A stretch of DNA of 60,477 nucleotides, counting the filler, from Sphacelaria rigidula (taxonomy: Eukaryota), in NCBI GenBank assembly GCA_964200075.2. It is 8 parts of 8 records of this genome, joined end to end, with 100 filler letters (N's around TTAATTAATTAA, not from the genome) between each part and the next. Parts side by side here need not be neighbours in the genome. Positions count along the whole stretch, not along the records: positions 7,574 to 15,046 come from CAXNAA020014768.1; positions 15,147 to 22,619 come from CAXNAA020014769.1; positions 22,720 to 30,191 come from CAXNAA020014770.1; 5 more parts are not named here. One strand, written 5' to 3'. The notes beneath the pieces are model-generated. The model searched no databases, was not told the origin of the DNA, and was given only the letters and a program-made list of their open reading frames with translations. Positions 13,338-25,800 of the stretch are shown here, in pieces (within the stretch, counting starts at the first letter, position 1; every line of letters starts with the position of its first letter). Position numbers and translations under genes: made by a program.

Positions 13338-15046
13338 TGTAGCGGAGATCGTACATTCGTTCTGGCGGACTCTTTCTGTGTTTTCTTGTCTTTTTCTTCT
13401 ATCTTTGCTGGATTCTTATCTTCGTGTGAATGGCGTTGTCGAGTGCAAAGGAACATAGAATCCGTCAGTTCATGAAAGGGTCTTTGTTGGGAAAACGTGG
13501 TGAATGCATGCGCCGGACAGTTGAGTATCCGCCCGTGATTCATTCGAAAACAATTACATGATGAATATATAGAACTCAGAACAATGACTGGTGTGCTTGC
13601 GACAAAAATGATACAGGGAAGAAAAAAAAACATGTCGTATGTGGCGTTTTGCATGCATGTTGTATCTATACTATGTATATGAGTTTTCGGCTTGATTGAC
13701 AGCCAAATCAGCAAGTGCGTTTGTTGCTGGAGCACGTGCTTTTTGTTTTGACAGTTTCTGTAGTGGTACGAAGTAGTATATGTTATGTTCGTTTTCTCCT
13801 TGTCTTCGCGCATCTCCTGTTACATGTTACTCGAAAAGTGTCTTGCGCCGCGGCGCATGTCTCCTGAAACGAGTCAAAAACACGGGAGCGGTCAGCAGCT
13901 TTCGGTAATAATAAGTACAGAGAGAGAGAAAAGGTGCCCTGACAGAGGGTGAGCATGGAGACAGGCGTTTTTAGTCAGGGTTTGTGTGCCTTGCCCGCCT
14001 CACGTTTGCTGGCAGTGTACAATGAACGAGATCACAAAAGTACGATAGAGGAAGATAGCGGTGACGTGTGTTGGACGTGGATGTATACTATGCGCAACAG
14101 GTGCAAGTGTAGTTTCGTGAATGTAGTGATAGGAAGAGTCATGGCAGCTCTCGAACACGGATCGCTCAGAGTTCGTGTTTCTCATCATTTTTTCCCCTCC
14201 TCTGTTACCTCGATTCAAAGATACGGACCACGGCTGTATTACTCTTGTGGTTTTTGAATGACAATTTTGGACACGGGGCACTGCGCTGTGTCGAGTCTGC
14301 GCACCCACAAGCTGGGTCTCGGCTCGCGTCGCCCGGTGTGTAGCGGCCACACCCAACGCACTGTTCATGTGCTACCTGCCTCCTCGTGTACAAATTTATT
14401 TTCATCCTTTGCCCTGTCCTACCTTCACTCTACAGTACTTCATTACACCCGATACCTGTTTACTCAGCGCGTCGACAGCGCACCGAATTGTGTACTTCCC
14501 GCGTCGATGTTTATTCTCCTTGTCGAGTTTCCGTACTCCACGTTTTTGACGACACGATGCATGTTCACCTTACTGCGAGCATCAGCAGGAGCGCGATATG
14601 TTCATTTGCTGTCTCTTGCAAGATCTAGACAAGATCCCCATCGCATCGCGCGCTACTTGATCCTATAATAGAGCCAATTCCCTAAAAACCACATCACGGC
14701 TGCTGCCAAGCGCGTGTGCGTGCTGTTGCTCATGGAGTGATGAGCTCATTTTGGGACTTGATATCCCCCGCGCTGATCGTTCTCCGGCAGTCAACCATCA
14801 AACCTTGAAGCTAGTTCATTGACGTTTTGGTCGTTCCTAGTCCAGCCACATCACTAGGTGACGTACGGTAAGAGCACATGATGTCAGCGACCTAGCTGTT
14901 CAAACGGAGGTTTCTGTATACACGATAATTTGCAAAGAATCAAACCTCCTTCCCCTCTCAAATCGGAACACAGCCCGGACATAGACATGAAATAGAGCAG
15001 CTAACCCTCTTTTTTGTTTCACCTACTGTTATAACACAGCCCGGAC

Positions 15047-15146
15047 NNNNNNNNNNNNNNNNNNNNNNNNNNNNNNNNNNNNNNNNNNNNTTAATTAATT
15101 AANNNNNNNNNNNNNNNNNNNNNNNNNNNNNNNNNNNNNNNNNNNN
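15047..15146. other. Artificial contig spacer
   Basis: N44-TTAATTAATTAA-N44. Confidence 0.97.
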
Positions 15147-15335
15147 GCGGGGGGGGGGTGGGGGGGGGGGGGGGGGGGGGGGGGGGGGTGGGAGGGGAGA
15201 GGGAGGGGGGGGGGCTATCGTACAAAGCGTTGAACCAAACTCAAGAAGTAAGTCTTGAAGAAAACAAGAAAAACGATAAGAAAAAAAAAGCATAAAAACG
15301 AACGGGAGGACTGAAACCAACAAACATCTTCATAC

Positions 15336-18300
15336 CTCGACGTATGCCCCCTGAACTCCTTAATTTTGAGCATTGACGGGTATTTCCACAAGCAAAGCTG
15401 GTTCTCGCTGAAGCCGTGAGAGGACACCAGCTCCTTGTTGTGCTTCGACCATTGCAGCGCGCACACCTTTACACACACACGCACACACACACACACGTAG
15501 CACACGAAGATAATTGCACCAGCCGAACGAGTAGTGTAGGGCAAGATATTGCTCCGACATGTTTCGAGGAGTCTCTATCCCAACACAGGAAACAAGCTCG
15601 TGCACTGTGCAGTACTTCACCTAGCCACTTGGCTGCCCGTGGGCGTTGGATCACTCCTGTAGCAAATGCAGCTGCTTGCGAACGCCGTCACATTGCGCTG
15701 ATCAGTGGTTTCCTAGGTTGTCTTCTGTAGGGCACACCCGGAGGTATAAAGTGTTCTTGGTTGGCGTACCAGGCCATCCCGGAAAGTGTAAGGAATGTTC
15801 CAGTATGGTTCCGCGGGATATCGAGAGAGCCCTGCTCAACCACTATTTCCGTTTTGGTTCGGAAGGATATTAGCCGATGAAGAACATTTTTGAATACTTT
15901 ACCCTTCGGTAAATACCGTAACCTCTCTTTAGTCGCCATACCGTACAGAACACAGTCTTGGTCGACAGTTTTCCATGATTGCGTAGAACTTTCTTCCACA
16001 AGGACAAAAAAAGGGGGGCTGGAATGAATGACGAGATGTTCACACCGCCCTGTGGATCAAGACAAGAAGAGGGAAAATGACGTACCTGACTGCCGGTGTC
16101 GACGGAGTTCAGCATACAGCCGTTGGCGGTGTTCCAGAACTGTGGCGTTAAACGTAAGAAAGAGATGCACACGAAAATGACGATGGAGGAACATGACAGG
16201 TTACAATCATGGTGCAAGCCAGATATGCGGAGTACGCTACATTAGTGAAACACCTCATAGATACCATTAACCCGTTCGGAGTCGTTGATGGGAAAGTGGC
16301 GATTTGCGTTACAAGTCTCCTAACTATGATGAAGAAAGTGATCATCATGACAAAAAGCGGTTTATTGGTACGCCGTAGTGTAATTTCATGAAAATTCGAC
16401 ACCTTGGACAATATATGGTTAATAGTTGCAACAGACGAGAAATGTACTGCATAAAGTATAGGCCTATTGCGACTATAGTCGGCCTCAATAGTTGCAATAG
16501 GCTTATACTTCATGCAGTACACTTCTCGTCTATTGCATCCATTGACCATACTTTGTCCAAGGTGTGGGAAATTCAAACAAACGAAAGTATGATACAGTAA
16601 TCATTACTCCCGAGTAGAGTGAAGAATAAAATAAAAAAAACAGCAAAAACAACGCGTTTCTGTCATGGATCTCTGAGAAAACCCCAAGGCAAACACGTTT
16701 TTTCCGTACTAGTTGAGATATCACTCGTCCGGCATTGCCCCCATACCTTGATGGTGCGGTCGGCGGTACCGCCTCCCGAGCCGAGCAGGTGCCTCTGGAA
16801 CGGACACCACGCGAGGGCCTTCACCGCCGCCTGGTGCTGGGTCAACACCTTCCGCGGGGCGTGCTCACCCGGCGCGCGGCCGCCGTTGACGCCCCTGGCT
16901 CTTGCACCTGCGTCGGTTTGGCGGAGATAAAATAATGCATCATTAGTGATAACCACAGATTGCTTCACGCGTTTGTAGGCTAGGTGGATAAAGTTATGGA
17001 GTGACTGATGATATCCATGTGTTGCACGTTCTTAGACAAGGACAGTAATGGCGGTGGTGGGGGGAACTTCCGACAACTTGACTGCGTGAGTAGTGAACAA
17101 GCGAGCTCAACCAGGCCTCGTCAATGGAATGTCAACCAAGGACGGCCTCGTGGCATCCCCCTCCCTGGACGCACCAGACCGAGTTACACTCGACACGAAG
17201 GTTTACATCGAATTTTGCCCTGCACTGACCTAGGCCTCTGCCACTCATGTTCGCATCCCATAGGCAAAGGAAGTTCTCGTTACCGCCCGAGGCTAGTGTG
17301 CTCCCGTCAGGAGACCACTTCAGTCCGCACACCTTTAGCAAAGGGGCACGTTTACCCAGAACAGGGGGGGACAGGGGGTCGAGTAAAAATTACCAAAATA
17401 TGGTGAGACGGGGACGAGCGGCTGTCATAATTCAACGTGAGCATGCGATTAGACGGGACTTGGCTTAACCGCAAGCTGAGCCAGCCTCTGCGACCGCACT
17501 GGAAGTGTCCAAGGGCATTTTTCGACATGTCAAAGAGCCCCACTATCTCTCACGGCGCAGGCGAGAAGTCTCTCTTGGACGACATTCAGAGCTCAGAGCA
17601 GCCGCAGCCGCAGCCACAGTAGGGACCACCAGGGTGTCCCTGTTTGGAAACAACGTGGGTGGAAACAAATCCAAGGACGGCTTGCGCTACAGCATTGCCT
17701 CGCGGCCTCAACGTGGTAGCGTTCACAAACTTCTCAGGGACGGCAAGACAGCTGTGCGAGTTTGGCACGCATTGTTCCTCTTCCTTCTCGCTTCAAGTCG
17801 GACGGGATTGCCATAGTGAACAACAGCAAGAACATCCAAGGGGTGCTGAAGCTCTACCCGCGATTAGACGGTGGCGACTTACCCGGTTTCATGGAATTCA
17901 TAGACTTCCTCCACACTATACGTTTGCTTTATTAGAAGGCGGTCCGAATATCCTACATGGCCAGCCGCGACGGGAGATTTCCCTGATCGGCAACGATGCG
18001 CCGCCCTGTGATGTGGTTGGTAGTTGCCTGACGGCTACGGATCGTGCTCATCAAAAGTCAGGCAGAGTTCTGTGTTTTGTGTTGCAAGCAAATACTGAAT
18101 TGACGCCACGGAGGCAAGAAGGGAGTGCTGAGAGAGATCACCCACAACCGCGATGCAATCTGGAGATGACCCTGACGATTCCCTCTGTATCACGGATGGC
18201 TACCGCCATCGTATGGAGGAAAGACAGCCAGTGCCTGATGAACGCTACCAAGGTACTTTCCTCCGAGCCCTACACGCCGAATACGAGGGGGTCCGTATTC

Positions 18301-21300
18301 TCAGTTGCAATAAAACGCTATTCAAATATGACGGACATACCGCATATGTACAGCACCATGTACATTCCTTCCACATGAAGGAAAACCACGGCGAAGAGGA
18401 ATGTCGTATCCTCCAAGAGCACAACAATTAAAACGAGGGCGCAAACTTGGCGCCGTAGTTAGACTACCCAGCGGCCCCGGTACAGGGAAGGGGCCTTGAG
18501 CCATCCCCTCAAATGCCTTGGAGGCGCACAACTCAGATAATCCTACAAGAGCAGAGGATCTACGGTCGTTCTGCCACCAACACACCGGTTGCTTCTTTCG
18601 CTGATATCGGCCTACTCGGAGCCTTTGAGGGGAGTCGACGGCGAGAGGGCTGGGGGGTCGGATTTCATGACGGAAGAAAAACCAATCGAAGGGCTAGTGC
18701 TTCACTTCGTGGCAGAGCCAACAACATCCTCCTGTCGATCAGCGGGGCGCTGTTCACCTTAGCCGATACTCCAACACTAGTGGCAGTAGAGCAACATGTC
18801 TGGCGGACGTTCAGTAGCTCGTTCGACCACCGAATAGAGTCGAGCGACGGTAACCAGCCTGAAATGTTCTGCATCGCCGACGCGAAGGATGTACTAGCTC
18901 TTGCGGCGGGCCAGCGGTGGGAAAGTGGAACGGTGGGCAACAACAGCGCCGTCGGTGTGACGGCGGGCAGTGGGGTGCCATGACTCTCACTACTTTGTCA
19001 GATACCGTGGGAGAGAGGAGCTGATCTCTCGAGACTGCTCACTCGTGTCGAGAAGGAGGGGTAGGGGGCACGGCCATGTTTATGACCAAGTAAATACATT
19101 CGTCAATACGCTTGGGTCAGAGATTTTGAGAGCGGCCTCTGGACAAAAATACGAGGAAAACATATGTTGCACAGTCTGTAGGTATTTTCACCAGCACGTC
19201 GACGAAATACTCACGACCAACTGGGGTGAAAATACCCACAGACTGTGCAATATATGTTTTCCTTGTCTTTTTGTCCAGAGGCCGCTCTCAAAATCTCCGA
19301 CCCATGCGAATCGGAAAAGTGGGCTAGGCTCCTCTCGGCGGGGTGATACAAAATGTCCAAGACGTGTGGTGGCGATTTTCCCCGTTTGGGGGTCAAAAAC
19401 ATTGTCAAATGTCCTACAAGTGGAAAATACGAGCCAAACAAAATGCGAACCGGAAGAAACGGCCTAAAAATGTAACATCCCCCATGCAAGCCTTTTCCGG
19501 TTATACTTCCCACAAACGCTCTCGAAATATCCGAGTTCAACGCGCTGTGTCATCTTCTACTGCCCGCCGAGACGAGGCCAAACAGGTCCAGCCGTGTGTT
19601 ACCGGCCATCCGCAACCCACGAGATACTTCGGGAGATGCAGCGGCGCGTTTCCTGCCAGCATGGGCCAAGCTGAGAATATCCCAAGTGTAACCCTTGGAA
19701 TACTCCCGGCTTGGCCAACGCTGGCAGGAAATGCGCCGCTGCGTCTCGCGATGTGTTCTATGGCTCGCGAACCGTCGGTAACACACGGCTGGACCGATCC
19801 GGCCCCGTGTCAGCGGGCAATACAAAATGGCTAAACGTGCTCAACCCAAAGATTTCGGGTGTTTGTGGAAATTCTACCGAAGAAGGCATACCGAGGGATA
19901 GTGCGTTTACATTAATACATCTCCAGGTATGTACTCATTTCGTCGTACAAACGGAGCAAACGCGTGCGCATGCTACTAGTCAAGACACTAGGTCAACTCA
20001 CCACACAAAACAGAAGAACGGGGATCTTCAAACAAATTATCGTTCGGGGGGGAAATTGAACGCTGTCGACACAAAACCTTCCTGTCACAGTCCATCTCAT
20101 GTTGACTACATCCAGTTCCTTTGGTGCGATAACCTGGCACTGATTGAATGATTTCACGGTAAGCAAGACTGCTCACCTCTACGACGGCATGACTCACGCC
20201 TCCTAATAGTGTAATCCCAAGCTTAAACAGTACAGGCCGATATGTATGCGCAACACCCAACACCTTGGACCGACTCAAGTTTAGCACCATTACGCACATC
20301 AAGGTCAGCAACATCCTCAGGTGGAGCCAGCAGACGGTTCTTCACTCGCAAGCTAGCCCGTCTTACCGAGACGAACATGAATTCAAGAGGACAATCATCA
20401 TCATGACCAACGCGTGGCAACTGTTTCAAATTCCCCCCCGCACGTTCACACGTTAATTCTTACCGAACTCCACCGTAAAATAATTTGTTCTTGTAAAATA
20501 TCTTTGATTATGAAAGGACAGTGGAACAGTCTGATCAGGACGCCAAAAAGGAACGCAAAATTCTCGTCATACGTGGGCTAGTGTAGTCGTCAGAATCATC
20601 CGCTCCTGATGATTCACCCTCATTTTCTTGTCTTGTCAAGACCACACCCATCCTGGCAACCATGTCAGTGATACCGGGCGATGGAATGCCTTTCAATTCA
20701 TGTATGAAACACATGTGGCCACAGCGCCGAAGATATCCGTTCCAAAATTTCGCCCCTCCTGCATGCACCAGCCATGACAGAGATATCCGTTTCAGTATTT
20801 CAACCCCAGTATCGGGTATCCATCCCTCAGTATACCCAACCCATCGATCGCGTACGCCCCACTGGACCGTTCAGCGCTTCGAAGTGTATTAGTCGTCATC
20901 GACGGACGCGGCTACATCAAAATTCCGAAAAACACGACTCGCAGGCGAATGATGTATCAAAAACACTTTGTACGTGCCTGGTATATCACGTTCTTCTCCT
21001 GTGTAGTACCTCTGCACAAAACTTTTTCGGCTATTTCACGTTCATGGCACTACGCCAGCACGTGAAATCTCGTCCAAGGGTAAACTGTCGGTTCCACGAG
21101 GGTGCGGTCCCCTGAAGTGGTCAGTACCATCACTCATCAGAACCATCACAGTGCGGTCAAATTAACCAGGGAGGGATACGTGACACGTGACGTTTCAACG
21201 TGACACATTCGAAAACACATAAGTTTGGGTCATTAAACGGTACGTGAGATTAGATTTTTGGGATGGGACATATGTAACGTAACGTGATGTAACGTGTGGT

Positions 21301-22153
21301 CCTTCGCATAAACCCCAACATGGCGTTTTACTTTCCAAATGTGACAAACTCTGCTTGTTTTCGTGAATATGTCACGTGTGACATGTCACGTTAAAACTTC
21401 ACAAAAAAAGCCGTTTTTACATCTGGAAAACACCGAGAGACACTGCTTCCAGGTCCACATGTTACATCATGTTCTATTGCATTTGTCTCCCCTAAAATAT
21501 CACACCTCACGTAGCGTTAAATGGCCCAAATGTACGTTTTTCCCCCTTGTTCTCAAGTGTGTCACGTGTGTCACGTATCCCTCCCTGAAATCAACAAGTC
21601 ATCAAGCCCAATGAGCTACGAATTCTCGTGTCAACTCATCGCACTCCCAACCAGTTAAGTGCGGGATCTCAGGGTAGTAGAGCCCCTGCATACTGCGGGG
21701 TCCCAGCATAGTACGGTTATGCCTGTCTGGCGACCCACCGCACTATGCTGCGATCCTCAGCGTACATCGTCATTCATCAACCCTCTAAAATGAACCCTCT
21801 GGATGATGACTCTGCGAGGACCAAAACGCCATCACTCAGAGGTGTTTCACAGTATCGCCCACGGTATTCATGCTCACTTGACTCTCCACAGGTTTGTCTT
21901 TATCCACTGTTTAATCACTGCTCTCGCGGGAAGGGTCGCAGGACTAGCGGGCCCCAAAAAGTTCTAAGAATAAAAAAGAAAAAGACAGCACATTCGTTAC
22001 CTCCTGGGTGTGGCCGACGAAGGACCCGACCTTGTGGTGTTGAACTCTCACGTCGTGCTGCAGGATGCTGCTGTCCCTCGATCCCGAACTCAATAGGTGT
22101 CGCTTCCAGGCCAGAGTTCCAACACGTGCGGAGTGACCCGACATGGTACGGAC
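15336..22153 (-). CDS. CDC20: Cell division cycle protein 20 (APC/C co-activator, WD40), internal exons only
   Basis: Minus-strand exons 22153-22001 ([37 protein letters not shown]...GHTQE), 17332-17230 ([26 protein letters not shown]), 16907-16747 ([30 protein letters not shown]), 16139-16086 ([18 protein letters not shown]), 15466-15336 ([43 protein letters not shown]). GT-AG boundaries with consistent phases; the AWCPFQ and WKYPSM..GHTSR motifs fit Cdc20 better than Cdh1. Confidence 0.93.
16393..16573. repeat. ~180-nt imperfect hairpin in a CDC20 intron
   Basis: CACCTTGGACAA...GTACTGCATAAAGTATAGGCCTATTGCGACTAT pairs with ATAGTTGCAATAGGCTTATACTTCATGCAGTAC...TTGTCCAAGGTG; ~11-nt loop. Confidence 0.85.
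17815..18400 (+). mobile_element. Degenerate Ty1/Copia LTR-retrotransposon gag relic, antisense within a CDC20 intron
   Basis: Frameshifted pieces [64 protein letters not shown] and [11 protein letters not shown] resemble the Copia gag (UBN2-like) M.xGxDPDDF..D..R.RL...VPDERY..IIL.ALP.EY pattern; recognised from memory, not searched. Confidence 0.65.
19113..19304. repeat. ~190-nt hairpin (arms ~85 bp) in a CDC20 intron
   Basis: TGGGTCAGAGATTTTGAGAGCGGCCTCTGGACAAAAA...GTATTTTCACC versus GGTGAAAATAC...TTTTTGTCCAGAGGCCGCTCTCAAAATCTCCGACCCA. Confidence 0.9.
19561..19819. repeat. ~260-nt imperfect hairpin with ~7-nt loop in a CDC20 intron
   Basis: TGCCCGCCGAGACGAGGCC..GGTCCAGCCGTGTGTTACCG..GCAGCGGCGCGTTTCCTGCCAGC..CCAAG / CTTGG..GCTGGCAGGAAATGCGCCGCTGC..CGGTAACACACGGCTGGACC..GGCCCCGTGTCAGCGGGCA. 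Confidence 0.85.
21167..21587. mobile_element. hAT-type MITE (421 bp)
   Basis: Perfect 20-bp TIR CAGGGAGGGATACGTGACAC / GTGTCACGTATCCCTCCCTG; 8-bp flanks AAATTAAC / AAATCAAC (TSD, 1 mismatch); repeated subterminal GTGAC(A/G) motifs. Confidence 0.88.
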
Positions 22154-22549
22154 CTGCAAAACAGAAGTGTAACAAAAGAGCATCACATGCAGAGACGGGT
22201 TACTCGGTGTAGTCGGGATACACAAAAAAGTGCTCCTGCTGGTGGGTCCGAATGGTACTACAAGTATTACTAGTAAGTCAATCGACACAACCAGCTTCAA
22301 GGAGGTTATTACACAGTACAGTATCGTGGATCCGAATCCTCGAGAACCCTGTACAGTGTCGTTAATTTCCTGGTTTCCGTCGCCACAGTGACCAACGAAG
22401 GTTCGCAAATATCATTGAACTCGATGGAAGTTCACGTTGGATATCATGATCTGCAACGCGGGTAGGAAGGAGACAGAAGGGCTTGTTCCCCGAGACTACC
22501 AATTTGTAAAAGGGAACGACGGGAGAGGGGGGAAAGGAGTGGCTGGGTT

Positions 22550-22582
<33 letters not shown>

Positions 22583-22619
22583 ATATGATCACACTTCCCA
22601 GAGGTAAAAAACGCGTTAC

Positions 22620-22719
22620 NNNNNNNNNNNNNNNNNNNNNNNNNNNNNNNNNNNNNNNNNNNNTTAATTAATTAANNNNNNNNNNNNNNNNNNNNNNNNN
22701 NNNNNNNNNNNNNNNNNNN
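22620..22719. other. Artificial contig spacer
   Basis: N44-TTAATTAATTAA-N44. Confidence 0.97.
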
Positions 22720-22827
22720 CACTTAAAGCGAATGATCAAAGCCACTCTCAATCGTATCATCTACTCTCAATCTCACGAAAACACTGTTATGTGTTATGCC
22801 GATCGATGTCTGTGTTTTGTCGTGAAG

Positions 22828-25800
22828 GCCATGATGGAAAGACGCGACGTACCGGGAACACAGCAGCAGCAGCAGCAGCCAGCGCCACCACCATCGCGAC
22901 AAAAGCAAGCGGCAGTTCTCGAGCAGGCAAGGTTGTTTTGCACGCAACGATTGCTAGGGGGGTGACACAAGGTGCTTGGTTGATGCCCAGGAGCAGTTTC
23001 GTCCAAGCCTCGCGGGTCGTGTGGTGTGCGACCAGTAGGGGGTGACCCTGCACGGTGTGAAACATTTTTTTTTGTTTCAAGTCCGATGAATAAGCAATCG
23101 TCCTTGTCGTCGCCGCCGCCGTCGTCGTCGTCGTTCATTAGTTGCTGTTTTAATTCATTCATCCCATTTTTTGTTTTCGACGTATTCTGGGCCGGATTAG
23201 GCGAGGGCTAATCCCCAGCACTTCGAGCACTATCAGCAGCTATTGAGGCAGCAACAGCAACAGCAACAACAGGTGAGTCCCCTGAGGGCATGAATCCTTT
23301 CTCGCTCTTGAATACTTGCGTTAGAGGTTTTGACCACTGGCCGTCAAGAAATATTGTACCGCGTAGGATGCCAAAAATCTTGAACTTGAAAGAGCTGACA
23401 CTTTGGTTGAGTGTACGTGGGTTTCATGTATATTTTTTCTTGTGTCTTGAGCAGAATTACCAAATAAGCCATCTTGCGTGACTGAACCAAAACCGCTCGG
23501 AGATCAGTGGTTCTACGTTCTCACGCGAAACCAAACCTGAGACCGGAACCGCCCGGAATGTTTCGGCTCTGCTTTGTCAAGTTAACTGAACATGCAAACC
23601 AGAACCCCTCGGAGACTATTGGTTCTGCTTTCTCGCGGACAAACCCCACCTGGAATCTGAACCTGAACCAGAACAAGGACGGACCTGATTTTTTTTGCCT
23701 TGATATTGACCGAAATCATTGCCTCAGGGTCAGAATAGAGCAAGCATGTGCGTGTAGACCATGGCCTTCTTGAGGAGATGAAAAGCGTATCTGTCGTATC
23801 ATGAAGCGCGACAACTTTGAATGAGTCGGGCGGAATTTCACGTCTGAGTTGACCCCTTTTACGGCGACGTACGACAGTCATGTTCCAAATGCAAGATGTC
23901 TTGTCCGTTGGTTTCAGTGTTCGAATGCTCATGCAGCGGCGGACAAATTCAGACTCATCGCAGTCAAGGCGTTTTCTCGTTTCGTAGGGCTGGGTACTGG
24001 ACCAGGACTGCAAACGCTGGCAGTGTGCCCCTGCTGGAAAAAAGAGCAGTCAGTACTCGTACTGCCAGTATTGTCTACGTGCGTCCCACGATAGCGCTTC
24101 CATTCTTCAGAGGAAACCCATCTCGTTGCGCCGCAGGTGAAGCCGAATCGCGTTGTTTTGGCTCTTGTGAAACTAAATCGTGTAAAAATGTACCTCCGGC
24201 GGGGTGTATCAGGGGGGGCTCCCCCGCGGACCGCAGGTACTGGCAGGCTGTCTTATGTATTGTAGTATACTGGGCTGGCTACGCCATTAAAGAGCCCTAT
24301 CGTTTCATCATTTCGTCGAGGTCTATGATGATTTATCCTTCACGGGGCAAACGTCGACGTCTCGTGGCAGTCGGAAAAGAGGAGTAGTCCTCGATAAGCA
24401 ACTTGTGCGCGTAATAACTACCGTTCATGTAGGGCCAGGGCCGTATCCACAGACAGCACAAGTACACTCCCCCCCCCCCCCCCCCCCCCCAAACCCCGTC
24501 CAGCCCCTTTTTTCCCGACGGGGGGCAACCCCACACACCTAAACAGTTTATTTTTTCTTTNNNNNNNNNNGAAAAAGCACTCGAGGCGACCCCCCCCCCC
24601 CCCCCCCCATTAAATGACGTGTTTGACCTCTTTTCGCCAAGTGAGCAGTACCCAATGCTATTGACATGTTTATGATGCCATGCGCTTGTTTTCTGAACGG
24701 GGGGTGGCGGAGCAGCTCAGGCAGCAGCGCCAGTTAGAGTTGCAGCAGCAAGAGCAGCAGCAGCGACAGCTGCAGGCGCAGGAGAGGCAGCGGTTGATGC
24801 TGCAGCAGGCGAAGCGCCTCGAGGAGCAACAGCAGCAACAGAGATTGTACCAACAACAGCAGCAACAGCAGCAGAGGCAGTTGGCCGAGCAGCAGAGAGT
24901 GTTGGAGCAGCAGAGACAGTTGGAACAACAACAACAGCAGAGGCAACAGCAACAACAACAGCAACAGCAACAGCAGCAAAGGCTCCTCAGAGAGCGAGAA
25001 AGACAGCAACAGCAACAACAGCAGCAAGCCATCCTGCTGCAGCAGCAACAGCAGCAGCAGCAGCAGCTGCAGCACCCGCTGTTTCAGTCGCAATCGAATC
25101 AACACCACCCCCACAACCGGCAGGGCTACGGCAGTCAGGCCGGACATGGGTCGCGATCGCGAGGAGCGCCTGGCCATGGGCAAGCGGTGGACTGCATCCC
25201 TAGGGCTGAGGTGATACGTTTCCCCCCTGTTGTTGTTGTTGTTGTTGTTGTTGTTATTGTCTGCACATAAAAACCGTTCCGGTATCTGCGCGGTACATTC
25301 GTACTGGGCATCTGATGCGGACGCCTTCCGTGGTCACAGGCTAGCTACCTACAATAAGGTATGGGAAAATCAAACAAAACAGAACAAAAACAAAATAGAT
25401 GTAGATTAAAAACAGTCACTTATCGTGCCGTATTTCTTCCTTCCTCTTTATTGTCGCCCGTTATGTTGACATGGATATACAAGAATAGAAGCCAAATTAC
25501 AGGAGATTTTCAATGCCATGCAAGTTTTTGCTTTTTTTTTTCGCTTCCCCCGTATACAACCTACAACTACCCCTTTATTTATTTATTTCATTTCCAGTGC
25601 ACTATAAATTTACATGGTTAGACCATCCCGTACCCCTCCGATATACGTTCACGTCGGTGAAAGCCATAGTAAGTGGGTGTTTCCTCCAAAATATGTTCAA
25701 CTATTTTTGTGCAGGTCGTATTGTTTTTTGCATTCCTCTGCAGGCTGTTTGATTCATGGGTATGGATGGTATGCTCCTTGCACTCTGTGACCACGGGGTT

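Noticed and set aside
13820..13865. Possible last exon of CDC20 on the minus strand
   Set aside because: It lies in a different contig and lacks the expected final WD40 blade and C-terminal IR motif.
24670..25183. Poly-Cys and poly-Leu ORFs on the minus strand
   Set aside because: Antisense shadows of the CAG/CAA polyQ exon.
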